Part shown: positions 28,430-39,262 of the stretch, in pieces | How the letters are laid out: the number at the start of each line of letters is the position of its first letter | How positions within the stretch are numbered: the first letter of the stretch is position 1 | Assembly: GCA_041657955.1 (NCBI GenBank) | Contig: JBBABA010000001.1 | Coordinates: 106,419 to 170,418, forward strand | DNA from: Thermoplasmata archaeon | GTDB taxonomy: Archaea > Thermoplasmatota > JASEFT01 > JBBABA01 | Length of the DNA: 64,000 bases | Reading direction: 5' to 3' | Notes under the pieces: generated by a model | What the model was told of the DNA's origin: nothing | Database searches by the model: none | The model's input: the letters and a program-made list of their open reading frames with translations, nothing else | Translations under genes and position numbers: made by a program

Positions 28430-30316
28430 TTACACTTTTCTTAGAGACTCTATTATCTCAATTATGCCTTTATCTCCCATATCTATAGTTCTTTTATACA
28501 ATTCTGGATCATCATTTAGAAATTTCTCGATGATTTTTACAGCATCTTTGTCATTGGAAAACATTTGTAGCATATTCCCAAATTGTTCAAGTGCCGTCTT
28601 TCGAATCTTGGTTGCTTTGTGATATAACGATATGGTCGGCACGCCTGCAACAACAGATTCATAGAATCCTGTAGAGGGGCAATCACAAATTACCCTATCA
28701 ACTGTGTACAGATGTTCAACAAATGGATTCGTGGCTATCTCAATATTTTCAAAGTTTTTATCTTTTATAAAATCTGGGATGGGGTTATACGATACATCGG
28801 CAGATGGTATGCCTTTCCAAACAAATACATACTCCTTTTTAGTTGAGAAATACTCTATGAGTGCTTTTTGAAATTTATAGTACCAGACATCAGGATATTC
28901 TGCACCGCCAATCGGGCGATGATCCCCTAAAAAGAAAAGGGGTAGGTATATTATTCTCTCTCTCGTTTTACTACCGCTATGTTTATTTCTTCTATCATCC
29001 CTCAGATTTTTTATTTTCACCACATTTAACAATCTATGTGGGCTGTAAAAAAGTTTAGTTGGAAGATTGTATAGTTTACACAGACATTCAAAATATTCTT
29101 TGTGCTCTTTGTTGGAGCATATATAATTTCTATAGGGGACCAGTTCTGTAGCCACCCATCCCTTCGCATCAAAAGCACCATCGCCGTGGAAATAACTGAC
29201 GCTTACAGTTTTATCATAGTAGTTTGCGGCGGCAATGGCCGCGAAATGAGCCGACAACCACTCATATGGTGTAATAACAAAATGAATATTTTCTTTTTCA
29301 TAAAATTCAATGAAAAATTTGAAATAGGCAAAAATCTCTGGACACACCTTCGAAACAAAATATTTTAGGTTTGGTAAAATTATTTGCGAAACTTCCATTT
29401 GACATTTTTCATCAATCCAGGAAATCAACTCATCTTTCTCTAAAACATCGGCTGCGTTTTTCCAATCATTACTATGTTCGTTTTTATTTCCAGTATGAAT
29501 ATCCAAATACGTTTTTGCACCAAACCTAGAGCATTTCAGTATTCGATCGCCATCATATGATAGGGAATAAAGGTTATGGCCCTTTTTTAAAACACTTTTT
29601 ACTATTTCGAATAAATTATAATTCGAGATCGGTACCAACAACAATATATTTAAACAATCTTTATTTTTCCCGGTTGGGGGGTACTCCTTTCCGTAATTTA
29701 AGAAGAAATATATGTTCCTTGCAAATTGATATTTACCCAACATTCTTTTTATATGCATCTTTAAATATTTTATATTATAACTATATTTTTTACTTATCCT
29801 AGTGTGTTTACCTATCGCTGGTATGTGAATTGACTCTAATGATGTATTCCTTTCGTTACAGAGGATCGGAATAATTTGGGAGTATAAACTTCTACTATCA
29901 TCCCACAGTCTGAAATCAAGGGTTCTCTTACGTGGTGGGTGTGAAACAAACACTATATTTGATGGTTTTATTTTATCGAACAACATCCTTAATGTAAGAC
30001 ATCTGAGAATCAAAGGGCCTAATACTGCGAATAGAAACTGAAAATACATTATTCCTAATTTCAGATCGAATTTCTTTAGTTCGGGTACATGGTTTTGAAG
30101 GAATGCATCTAATTTACTCAACCACTCGAGAATCGATTTAAGATACTCATCTTCAGTAGAGGCTAATTGAACCTCATCATAATAGTCTTCAATAATCGAG
30201 TATTTTATCCCCACCCTATCCAATTGATAGCAAACTTCTGGGGTCAGGGCGACGATAATACTGCCCTTGTCAAATTTCACAGTCGGGTCATACGCTTCGA
30301 GCAGATACGTTTTCAT
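28430..30316 (-). CDS. Large uncharacterised protein with GT-B-like C-terminal domain (candidate nonulosonic-acid or glycerophospho-transferase)
   Basis: 628 aa and very AT-rich. C-terminal DRVICDCPSTGFYESVVAGVPTI resembles the GT-B nucleotide-binding loop. No firm family assignment possible by eye. Confidence 0.3.
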   Translation of the reverse strand: MKTYLLEAYDPTVKFDKGSIIVALTPEVCYQLDRVGIKYSIIEDYYDEVQLASTEDEYLKSILEWLSKLDAFLQNHVPELKKFDLKLGIMYFQFLFAVLGPLILRCLTLRMLFDKIKPSNIVFVSHPPRKRTLDFRLWDDSRSLYSQIIPILCNERNTSLESIHIPAIGKHTRISKKYSYNIKYLKMHIKRMLGKYQFARNIYFFLNYGKEYPPTGKNKDCLNILLLVPISNYNLFEIVKSVLKKGHNLYSLSYDGDRILKCSRFGAKTYLDIHTGNKNEHSNDWKNAADVLEKDELISWIDEKCQMEVSQIILPNLKYFVSKVCPEIFAYFKFFIEFYEKENIHFVITPYEWLSAHFAAIAAANYYDKTVSVSYFHGDGAFDAKGWVATELVPYRNYICSNKEHKEYFECLCKLYNLPTKLFYSPHRLLNVVKIKNLRDDRRNKHSGSKTRERIIYLPLFFLGDHRPIGGAEYPDVWYYKFQKALIEYFSTKKEYVFVWKGIPSADVSYNPIPDFIKDKNFENIEIATNPFVEHLYTVDRVICDCPSTGFYESVVAGVPTISLYHKATKIRKTALEQFGNMLQMFSNDKDAVKIIEKFLNDDPELYKRTIDMGDKGIIEIIESLRKV

Positions 30317-30322
30317 AACAGT

Positions 30323-31290
30323 TTACACACCCATGAACCGTCGGTTTTCTAATATCCACTCATATTCCTTCTTTAATCCATCTGCAAGATTGGTACTGGT
30401 CTTATAATTTAAGATATCTTGGGCATTTGAAACGTCTGCGATAGTATGTTCAACATCACCTTTTTGCTTTTCAATATACCGTACTTTGGCTTTTTTTCCT
30501 ACGGTATCCTCCATAATTCGAATCACCTCTTTCAAGGTAATTCTCGACCCTCCGCCGATATTAAACACACCCCAATCTACCTTAGACTTCATGGCAAGCA
30601 TATTCGCATTTACTGCATCTGAAACATATGTGAAATCGCGTGTTTGTTTTCCGTCGCCAAAGACAACTATTTCTTCGTTTTTAATTATTGATCTTATAAA
30701 CCGATTAAACGCCATATCGGGGCGCTGTCTCGGCCCATAAACAGTAAAATACCGCAGAGCAGTAATTGGAATGTTATAGTTTTTCCAATAAAGATAACAC
30801 AGATTTTCTGCGGCAAGCTTTGAAACACCATATGGTGAAACAGGTCTAACAGGTAAATGCTCCCGCATGGGTAATTCGCAATCGCCATATACTGAAGATG
30901 ATGAAGCGTATATTAATTTCTTAATTTTTGTATTTTTACACGCCTCCAAAATCCTTTGTGTAGCCATAACATTGTCTCTAAGATAGATATCAAAGCTCTC
31001 GCCCCAACTTGCTCTAACGCCTGGCTGAGCAGCCTCATGGAAAATATAGTCCGCATCCGAAATAAGTTTTTTCAGATTCAAATCCAAGATGTTCTTATCA
31101 ATCAGTTTAAAAGCTTTATGAGACATCAGTTTTTCTATATTTTTCATCTTTAATTCTCTCGCATAGTAATCCGTGAAACAATCGATGCCTATTACCTCAT
31201 GGCTCGACTCGATTAATTTTTCTGAGATGTGCGAACCAATGAAACCTGCAGCACCAGTTACTATACACTTAATAGTATCGCCCCCGTCAT
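30323..31290 (-). pseudogene. NAD-dependent epimerase/dehydratase with apparent frameshift at a G5 (plus-strand C5, 31281-31285) tract near the 5' end
   Basis: Rossmann N-terminus (KCIVTGAAGFIGSHI) is encoded in frame upstream of the annotated MKNIEKL start but has no in-frame ATG/GTG/TTG. An ATG at 31290 overlaps the upstream galU stop (ATGA) in the +1 frame. One extra G in the G5 run would restore MTGGDTIKCIVTGAAGFIGS. Confidence 0.55.
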
Positions 31291-32099
31291 TTTTCTAAAA
31301 TTTTTTGCAGTTCTATATTTGTCTGTAGCCAATCAACCTTGTTCCCAACATCATATCGTTTACCTTCAATCAGATGTGCGTAGATATCATGATGTTTATT
31401 GTATAATTTAAGTGAATCCGTAAGTTGAACTTCGTTATTTATCCCCGGTTTTGTTTTTTCGATATAACTGAAAATATCTGGTTTGAATATATATCTTCCA
31501 ATGATGCCTATATCCGATGGCGCTTTTTCAATAGGTGGTTTTTCCACGAGGTTCTTTACCTTATAAATGCGGGAAGACATCTTTTCCCCATCTATTATGC
31601 CGTACCTCGGTATGTTCTTTCTCAAAATCTTCTGAACACCGATTACTGAGGAATCATATTGTTCGGAGGCAGTCATCAGTTGTTTTATGCACGGTGTTTT
31701 ACTTATTATTATATCATCTCCGAGCAGTACGGCAAATGGTTCATTTCCAATGTGCTTTCTGGCACACCAGACCGCGTGGCCCAGGCCTCTCTGCGAACTT
31801 TGTCTTATATAAAATATGTCTACCTTGCTGAGGAGGTCCTCAAGCTGTTGTAGATATTTATATTCGTCTCTGTCTACCAGTGCCAGCTCAAGTTCGATGG
31901 ACCTGTCGAAATGATCTTCGATAGCCCTTTTTCCTCTACCAGTAACAATTACTATATCATCTATACCCGCAGCAACGGCTTCCTCCACAACATATTGAAT
32001 TACTGGTTTATCTACTACGGGTAGCATCTCCTTGGGTTGGGCCTTTGTTATGGGTAAGAATCTGCTTCCCATGCCCGCTGCAGGAATTATCGCCTTCAT
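31287..32099 (-). CDS. galU: UTP-glucose-1-phosphate uridylyltransferase
   Basis: MKAIIPAAGMGSRFLPITKAQPKEMLPVVDKPVIQYVVEEA. Confidence 0.85.
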   Translation of the reverse strand: MKAIIPAAGMGSRFLPITKAQPKEMLPVVDKPVIQYVVEEAVAAGIDDIVIVTGRGKRAIEDHFDRSIELELALVDRDEYKYLQQLEDLLSKVDIFYIRQSSQRGLGHAVWCARKHIGNEPFAVLLGDDIIISKTPCIKQLMTASEQYDSSVIGVQKILRKNIPRYGIIDGEKMSSRIYKVKNLVEKPPIEKAPSDIGIIGRYIFKPDIFSYIEKTKPGINNEVQLTDSLKLYNKHHDIYAHLIEGKRYDVGNKVDWLQTNIELQKILEK

Positions 32100-32111
32100 A
32101 AAAACCACACA

Positions 32112-33422
32112 TCACTTGTTAGGCAAACCAATTGCATAATATTTCACATCTTCCCCGATCTTTTTACGGTCCAACACCCTTCTTCCATCAATCACTATTT
32201 TTTTGGCCATTTTATTAAAGTTCTTAGAATTTAGTTCTTCAAATATTTCCCAATCATTTTGAACTATACAAGCGTCCGCACCATCAAGGGCATCGTCAAT
32301 CGAGTCTACATATTTTATCTCTTTAAATATTTTTTTCATGTTAGGCATAGCCACAGGATCATAAGCAATCACATGAGCGCCTTCTTTAATTAAGGCCGAA
32401 ATTATTGGGATAGCTCTACTCTCTCTTACATCATTTGTATTTCCTTTAAATGATAGGCCAAGGACAGCGACTTTAGAATTTTTTAAATTGGGGATTTCGT
32501 TCTTTAACATTTCTACAAGTCTAAGCGGTTGCCTTTCATTTAATTTTAGGACGGACCTAAATATATCTGATTTACATCCATATTTTTCAGAAGCATGTAT
32601 CAGGGCTTTCAAATCCTTCGGGAAACAGCTACCACCGAATCCGCAACCAAACTTCAGAAAATGGGGGTTAATTCTTGAATCAAGGGCGACTGCATCTAAT
32701 ACTTTTTCGGCGTCTATACCAAACTTTTCACACATGTTTGCAATCTCATTAGCATATGTTATTTTAAGTGCCAAAAACGAGTTGGATGCGTACTTTATCA
32801 TTTCTGCTGTAGCTAGGTCCACGACAATCTTCGGACACGAGAATTTTTTATATAGATTCTTAAGCAAATTTCCGCTTTTCTTGTCAAACCCGCCAATAAC
32901 TATCCTATCGGGATTGAAGCTATCCTGGAGAGCCGAACCTTCGCGTAGGAATTCTGGATTGACACAAATACCGACATCTTTTCCAACAGTTTTACCTGAA
33001 CTCCGTTCCAATATCGGTATCAAATGCTCTTTTGTAGTTGTCGGGGTTACCGAACTTTTTACTACGACTAAATGATAACCCTTCTTTTCTCTTAATGACT
33101 TTCCCACGTCCGATGTTGCTTTTCCAATAATGGAGAGATTTTGTCCCCCGTCTTTTAATGATGGGGTTTCTACACAAATAAAAGTGAGGTCTGTTTTACG
33201 AATTGCATCGAAACTCGTAGTCGCAGTTAATCTTTTAGATTCGATAGCAGCAACAAGTGCCTTCTCTAAATTTTCCTCATAAAACGGAGGTTTTTTTGAA
33301 TTTATAGAAACAACTTTTTCCTTAGAGATGTCGATGCAAGTAACTGTGTGTTTGTGTTTTGTAAAGGTTATCGCAGTAACAAGTCCCACATAACCAGCAC
33401 CAACAATCGAAATATGTGCCAT
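32112..33422 (-). CDS. ugd: Nucleotide-sugar 6-dehydrogenase (UDP-glucose dehydrogenase family)
   Basis: HISIVGAGYVGL NAD motif and GFGGSCFPKD catalytic-Cys motif. Confidence 0.85.
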   Translation of the reverse strand: MAHISIVGAGYVGLVTAITFTKHKHTVTCIDISKEKVVSINSKKPPFYEENLEKALVAAIESKRLTATTSFDAIRKTDLTFICVETPSLKDGGQNLSIIGKATSDVGKSLREKKGYHLVVVKSSVTPTTTKEHLIPILERSSGKTVGKDVGICVNPEFLREGSALQDSFNPDRIVIGGFDKKSGNLLKNLYKKFSCPKIVVDLATAEMIKYASNSFLALKITYANEIANMCEKFGIDAEKVLDAVALDSRINPHFLKFGCGFGGSCFPKDLKALIHASEKYGCKSDIFRSVLKLNERQPLRLVEMLKNEIPNLKNSKVAVLGLSFKGNTNDVRESRAIPIISALIKEGAHVIAYDPVAMPNMKKIFKEIKYVDSIDDALDGADACIVQNDWEIFEELNSKNFNKMAKKIVIDGRRVLDRKKIGEDVKYYAIGLPNK

Positions 33423-33538
33423 TAAACCTAGTTATGTGGGTATAATATATAAGTATTTGTGAGCTTCCCCTCATCACCAGATAGTACCAGTTGCTAGGTG
33501 TTTAGTTGCCATCAATAATTTCTATTCTACATTCTATA

Positions 33539-35584
33539 CTAAATCTTCTGTTTCTCACAATATATGGAGAATGTAATATCTTTTCTTTGAGCCTTGGCGT
33601 TTTTAACTGTATCATCTATCTCTCCAATAGAATGTAATAATCTAAGGAAATATCCACCATGTTTAACTTCGCGATAATTAATCATTGGGGCGTTATATAA
33701 TTTAGATTTATCTGAGTATACCTTGATCTTTTTATCTTTATCTCCTACTTCGATCCATCCTTCGGTGGCACCCAAGCAATGTTTAGACGACACCATAGAA
33801 CTTGCAGGTTCGTCATGTGATATGGTGTGGCCCTTTAATTCATGCGTCTCTGCAATTTTTCCACCATTATGCGTGGCGTAAAATAGCGAGTCACAATCGA
33901 AAGCATCCGGAATAAAAGTGATAATTCCCGTGCGAAACGTTGCAAGTGGATTTTCATGAAAATCAAAAGAATAAGAAATATCCAATCGCTGCTCTAATAA
34001 GTAAATCTGTATATCCTTGTATATCGTGCCTATATGTGTGTTAATTGCACCTTTAATTGAAACGAATTTATCGGACTCATTATAATCGTTAGGCAGTTTT
34101 GGAGACACCCTCTCCAAATCTGCGATTTTACTTTTGCCTGGGATTTCAATAATTGTATGACCGGTATAATAATCCGCACCGAGTGAAATATCATCATAGT
34201 AGCCATGTGGTAGCGTGCCAATCAACGGTTGCTCCGATATGCCCTTAAATATTACAGAGTCGATAGATAATCCGCGTCTGCTGTTCAAAACGACTTTTAA
34301 TTTCTCAGTTTCAATGATAACCATATTGCCTTGTTGCGTCACTGTTGGTCGAATTTCTACCTTCGATTTTTCGAATACCGTATCCCTCTGTAGCCCGTTT
34401 TCAATGTTTCCTACACTATTCGACACAACCGAGAGAGCATCATTTAATCTTTCTTGAAACGCGAGATATCTTTTCTCTTCAATATGGGTCCTAAAATCGC
34501 TGCTCCACAGAAAGCAAAGTTCCTTCCATAAATCATTTAATTTACGTTCATCAGCACGTTTTATATTTTGAGTATTGTCATCTCGGTAACCAGATTCGAT
34601 GCGCTTTAAGCATTTGTAAATTCTATAGCATTTTGTATTATTACCTATGTTGTCTCTGCCACTTAGAGCCCATCGAGTGATATTGTATTTTTCCTGTTTT
34701 TTGACAGGGATAGGATCTTCTGGGGATTCCAGTTTTATATGATTGAACGAGTTGTCTCCTTCTGCAAGACCAGGGACTCTTGACGGCGCGACGATTTCAA
34801 AATTCGGATTCGCAGATAATTCTTTAAACAATCTCGTAATCCTAGTCCATTCCCCATCCTTACATATATCTACCTCAGTATCATAGCGCCCCGGCCTATA
34901 ATCAAATATTTCAATATCGTTGCCATAGAGGGGGAAAAACCGAACAGATTCCCCTAAATGAGAGTGCAAGTAGTTCATATATTCATCTAACTCGATTTCC
35001 CCTTGCGCATATCTTTGAAACTTTTGAAAAAATATCGAATTATTCCAGATAACTGGTATATTTTTTCCATTTGAATCCATTGCTGTTTGAGGGAAATACT
35101 GCCACTCCTTTGGCCATTCGGGGTGGTACCTGTAGGGATTGTTCCACTCCATTACAATGGCTTTGTAACCCGCATCGAGGTAATGTTCTATTAATCCCGG
35201 AGAATATGCCTGTTCATTCACCCAGGCAATTTGTGGTTTTTGTCCCAAGAACGATTGATACACCCGATGACCGATTTCCAAGTTGTAAGCATTTACTTCA
35301 GATGGCACTAGAGGGCCGATAAGTTGGGTGTATCCCGAACCTATGAACTCACACGCATCATTCATCCAAAGCTCTTTTAGTTTTTTTATCCACGATGGAG
35401 AGATTTCATTAATCTTTTCTAAAGTATATCCTGGGGATTCTATTCCCAGTGGGGTCTTCATTTCTTCACAGATATTCAAAAGTGGCCAGAAGCATCGTTC
35501 TATTACCTGAGGATAATCTTTCTCTGGAATCGAAGAGAATGCGAGATTTAGATGGAAGATCGCGTATAGATGGAGTTTTTTCAT
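33539..35584 (-). CDS. Glycoside hydrolase family 57-like protein (divergent first motif)
   Basis: EFIGSGYTQLIGPLVP (~EIVxxGFYEPVLA.IP), AWVNEQAY (~WLTERVW, nucleophile region) and EWNNPYRYHPEW. The canonical HQP motif is replaced by FHLNLAF. Confidence 0.5.
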   Translation of the reverse strand: MKKLHLYAIFHLNLAFSSIPEKDYPQVIERCFWPLLNICEEMKTPLGIESPGYTLEKINEISPSWIKKLKELWMNDACEFIGSGYTQLIGPLVPSEVNAYNLEIGHRVYQSFLGQKPQIAWVNEQAYSPGLIEHYLDAGYKAIVMEWNNPYRYHPEWPKEWQYFPQTAMDSNGKNIPVIWNNSIFFQKFQRYAQGEIELDEYMNYLHSHLGESVRFFPLYGNDIEIFDYRPGRYDTEVDICKDGEWTRITRLFKELSANPNFEIVAPSRVPGLAEGDNSFNHIKLESPEDPIPVKKQEKYNITRWALSGRDNIGNNTKCYRIYKCLKRIESGYRDDNTQNIKRADERKLNDLWKELCFLWSSDFRTHIEEKRYLAFQERLNDALSVVSNSVGNIENGLQRDTVFEKSKVEIRPTVTQQGNMVIIETEKLKVVLNSRRGLSIDSVIFKGISEQPLIGTLPHGYYDDISLGADYYTGHTIIEIPGKSKIADLERVSPKLPNDYNESDKFVSIKGAINTHIGTIYKDIQIYLLEQRLDISYSFDFHENPLATFRTGIITFIPDAFDCDSLFYATHNGGKIAETHELKGHTISHDEPASSMVSSKHCLGATEGWIEVGDKDKKIKVYSDKSKLYNAPMINYREVKHGGYFLRLLHSIGEIDDTVKNAKAQRKDITFSIYCEKQKI

Positions 35585-35587
35585 GAT

Positions 35588-36799
35588 TTATACCCGTTCA
35601 ACTTCGATTTTTATTTTTTTAATGACTTTTTCTGCAATTTTTATTGCCTGCTCGCGTGTTTTACCAATAGCAACCACATATCCATGTCTGTCTGTATGAT
35701 TTTCGATTCTAGGTACTATATTTCCTACTTTTATCACATCATCGATTGTTAATTCGTACACACCTTCGATTTTTCTCGCTTCTGATATGCCTGAAATGCT
35801 CACAATTTTACCGGGGTCCGGGAAAATAAATCTTTCTGCTACGCCCTTGGTAAATTTAGGTACTAACCAATCCAAATTAGGCTCGATATTTACAGCCATT
35901 TCGATAAGAGGATATAGTATATTAGCTCCATTAGATAACGGTACTTTTAAGGAACAAAATCTTCCACCACTGGTTCTTGCAGCCATTTCAATTACTTTGG
36001 GGCCTTCACTGTCTATTAGGATATCTCCTTTTGCCACGCCCCATGTTAATCCAAGCGCTTTAATGGCTTTCTCTACTACATGCAATACTTTGTCTAACTC
36101 CTCTTTTGACAACCTTGTTGGCAATTCACCGCCATCTTCGATGAAAAATGGGTCAAAAGACTTCTTATCGCTATAATTCCTATCTGCGATGCAAGGCGTA
36201 TAAATTTTGTCATTATATATCACAGATTCGGTACTTATCTCAAACCCCTGGAGGTACTCCTCCACTAAAATGGTTTTTTGCTTTGAAAAACTCAATGAAT
36301 ACTTGTAATATTTTTCAATATCAGCAATCGATGAAATCTTTACAACACCTCTTGCTCCAGAATTGTCAATAGGTTTAAAAACAACAGGAAATCCCAAATT
36401 TTCAGCAACTATCTTTGCTTCCTCTATAGAAGATGCGCTAAAAAATCGAGATGTAGGTACATTGTTTTTCTTAAAACACTGGATTCTTTTCAGTTTATTG
36501 GTAGCTCGTTCTGCTATTTCCGGGTCAATTCCAGGCAAATTTAATGCGCGAGCTACTTTAGCCACAACAACAGGAATCTCTACTCCATGTGTCATTACCC
36601 CATCTATTTTGTATTTTTTACCGATCTCGATTAGTTTGTCCACATCTTTAATATCCGCGTTTATTCCCACATCTGCAATTTTTAGGCCGGGTGCTTTTGG
36701 ATTTTGATCTACTACAATAACCCTCAAACCCATCTCTTTAGCAATTTGAATTGCAGTTACTTGCTCAATACCAGCGCCTAGCAACATTATAGTTTTCAT
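35588..36799 (-). CDS. ATP-grasp family ligase
   Basis: PurK/carboxylase-like ATP-grasp layout: IMLLGAG...GFPVVFKP...SGARGV...EEYLQGFEIS. Start refined to MKTIMLLGAG, abutting the upstream SDR stop. Confidence 0.7.
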   Translation of the reverse strand: MKTIMLLGAGIEQVTAIQIAKEMGLRVIVVDQNPKAPGLKIADVGINADIKDVDKLIEIGKKYKIDGVMTHGVEIPVVVAKVARALNLPGIDPEIAERATNKLKRIQCFKKNNVPTSRFFSASSIEEAKIVAENLGFPVVFKPIDNSGARGVVKISSIADIEKYYKYSLSFSKQKTILVEEYLQGFEISTESVIYNDKIYTPCIADRNYSDKKSFDPFFIEDGGELPTRLSKEELDKVLHVVEKAIKALGLTWGVAKGDILIDSEGPKVIEMAARTSGGRFCSLKVPLSNGANILYPLIEMAVNIEPNLDWLVPKFTKGVAERFIFPDPGKIVSISGISEARKIEGVYELTIDDVIKVGNIVPRIENHTDRHGYVVAIGKTREQAIKIAEKVIKKIKIEVERV

Positions 36800-36800
36800 T

Positions 36801-37550
36801 TTATCCAAAATATAAGCCACCGTTTACATTTATTGTTTGACCTGTAATATAACTAGCTTTCTCGCTTGCAAGAAATACAACAACATTGGCTATCTCTTCA
36901 GCGGTGGCAATTCTTCCTATGGGAATACTTCTAACTTTTTCTCTTCCAGCCGGAGTTGTCATCTCTGCGACAATCATGTCTGTATCCACTAATCCCGGTG
37001 AAACTGCATTTGAGGTAACCCCATTCTTACTGTAAATGCGAGCTAAAGATTTGGTTAGATTAATCAACCCCGCTTTTGCTATGGCATAATGAACTTGGTT
37101 CACTCCCCCCCACTGTCCGCCTATTGAACAAATATTGATAATTCTTCCCCACCCTTGCCCTATCATATCGGGTATTGCCTCCTGGCAAAAAATAAACGGC
37201 CCCCGGAGATTTACAGCCATCATATTGCCCCAATCTTCGTCATTAATTGTTTCGAATGGTTTCTCCTGGGTAAGTGCAGCATTATTTACTAGGATGTTTA
37301 ATTTACCAAAATTTTTATGCACTTCCTCAATAACTTTGTGTATATCGCCCCTACTTTTTTGGTCAAGTTTTATACATATTGCTCTACTGCCTTTACTTTC
37401 TATCTCTTTAACTACAGCAACGGCTTTTTCTTTGTTGGTGTTATATGTCAGTGCAACGTTTATTCCTTCCTTGGCCAAAGCTATTGCTATTGCCCTTCCA
37501 ATGCCACGGCTCCCACCGGTTACCAAAGCAGTTCTCTCTTCCATCAACAT
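36801..37550 (-). CDS. Short-chain dehydrogenase/reductase (FabG-like)
   Basis: ALVTGGSRGIGRAIA, NNAA and YAIAKAG motifs. Confidence 0.85.
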   Translation of the reverse strand: MLMEERTALVTGGSRGIGRAIAIALAKEGINVALTYNTNKEKAVAVVKEIESKGSRAICIKLDQKSRGDIHKVIEEVHKNFGKLNILVNNAALTQEKPFETINDEDWGNMMAVNLRGPFIFCQEAIPDMIGQGWGRIINICSIGGQWGGVNQVHYAIAKAGLINLTKSLARIYSKNGVTSNAVSPGLVDTDMIVAEMTTPAGREKVRSIPIGRIATAEEIANVVVFLASEKASYITGQTINVNGGLYFG

Positions 37551-37561
37551 TTTATGCTCTC

Positions 37562-39262
37562 CTAGGGATCTAAAGTAACATGCGTTCGTAAGCCCATCTC
37601 CACCTCACAGAGGATCGGGCCCTTAGTATCAAGAACGGCCCTAATTTTTTGCGCTAACCCATCTTGTGAAGCGATTTTAGATGCCTCAATCTTGTACGCA
37701 CGGGCAATTGCCAAAATATCTGGAATTGAATAGCCATACTTCGGGGATGATGCAAAATAGCGGCCCCCAAGCTTTGAATCCTGATAATCCATAATTGCAC
37801 CGTATGAATGATTGTTCAGAACAAATATCTTAACTGGCAGATTGTACGAACGAATTGTCTGCAACTCTTGAATGTTTAACTGAATAGCGCCGTCACCAAT
37901 GGTACAAATAACCCGTGGAGAACCATCTCTGTAATGGACTGCAACCCCAATCGCGGCTGGCATTGAATAGCCCATTGTAGAGTGCGCTGTATCGGTAAAA
38001 AGTCTCTGTTGAGCACGTACTTCCACTGCTTGCATAGCCCACATCACGTTCTGTCCTGCATCTGCAATCAATATATCATCATCGGCCATCTGTTCAGATA
38101 ATGTTTTCATAAATACGTAGGGATTTACCGCGTCTTTTTCTGAATAATATTCTGGTTTACAAAAAGGATTTTCCTCAAAACTATTCCTCGTTTGTTTTCG
38201 CCAAACAGAGAACTGTGGGCAGCCATCTTTTTCCAACTCACTCAAAAGAAGGGTCAAGAACTCTTTAGCATCACATGCAAGTGATAGGTCTGTTGGCACA
38301 CGTTGATTTAATTCGTCGGGATCGATGTCAACATGGACCAATTTACCATTCGGTACAAAGTCCTTTGGTTTCATTTTTACCTGACGTAAGGTTAAACGAG
38401 TTCCAACTGCCAAAACCAAGTCACTCTTGGTAAGAGAAATATTCGTTGCGCGATTACCCATCACGCCAATCAATCCAGAATAGAGAGGACTATCATGAGC
38501 AAACGTGTCCACTCCACCAAAGGTTACAGCGACTGGTATATCACCTAGTGTTGCCAAAGCCTTGATTTCATCCGTTGCTCTCGCATTACGAACTCCGCCT
38601 CCGCTGATGATCATCGGACGCTTAGATTTTCGAATCCAGTCAGCAACGACTGTTACTTTCTCTCGAATGCTGTTGTTGTCCTCTGGACGGGTTTCGTCTG
38701 GTTCATAAGCTCTTAGTTCCCTTGCCACTATTTCTGCCCACTGTATGTCCATTGGCAAATCAATCAACACAGGCCCCGGCCGACCTGATTGCGCTATCCA
38801 AAGTGCTTTCTCTAATTCATAGCGAATATCATGCGGATTTGTAATCATAACAGCATACTTTGTTAAAGGTTTTACAACACTCACGATGTCTGTTTCCTGA
38901 AAGCCAACCTGACGTTGTTTGCTTTCACCCTTGTAATCGTGTGTTTGAACTTGCCCTGTAAAATATATGGCAGGAATGGAATCATAATAGGAGCAGGCAA
39001 TTCCTGTCACTAGATTGGTAGCACCTGGACCACTGGTAACAGCCATAGCGCCAATCTTATGAGTTGCTCGTGCGTACCCATCCAGTGCTATTGCCCCAGC
39101 TTGTTCATGCATTACACAGATGGGCGTTAACTTGCCGGTACGAAGGTTGAGATTATATACAGAATCTACCAGATGGGATATTGCCCCTCCGGTGAAGATA
39201 AACACATATTCCACGCCGTGTTTTACCAAAAATTCCGCAACATAGTCTGTTAATTTCATCAC
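37562..39262 (-). CDS. Thiamine-diphosphate-dependent enzyme, acetolactate synthase large-subunit-like
   Basis: N-terminal GVEYVFIFTGGAISHLVD...HEQAGAIALDGYARAT. C-terminal ThDP motif GDGAIQLNIQEL...N...YG. Confidence 0.85.
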   Translation of the reverse strand: MMKLTDYVAEFLVKHGVEYVFIFTGGAISHLVDSVYNLNLRTGKLTPICVMHEQAGAIALDGYARATHKIGAMAVTSGPGATNLVTGIACSYYDSIPAIYFTGQVQTHDYKGESKQRQVGFQETDIVSVVKPLTKYAVMITNPHDIRYELEKALWIAQSGRPGPVLIDLPMDIQWAEIVARELRAYEPDETRPEDNNSIREKVTVVADWIRKSKRPMIISGGGVRNARATDEIKALATLGDIPVAVTFGGVDTFAHDSPLYSGLIGVMGNRATNISLTKSDLVLAVGTRLTLRQVKMKPKDFVPNGKLVHVDIDPDELNQRVPTDLSLACDAKEFLTLLLSELEKDGCPQFSVWRKQTRNSFEENPFCKPEYYSEKDAVNPYVFMKTLSEQMADDDILIADAGQNVMWAMQAVEVRAQQRLFTDTAHSTMGYSMPAAIGVAVHYRDGSPRVICTIGDGAIQLNIQELQTIRSYNLPVKIFVLNNHSYGAIMDYQDSKLGGRYFASSPKYGYSIPDILAIARAYKIEASKIASQDGLAQKIRAVLDTKGPILCEVEMGLRTHVTLDP

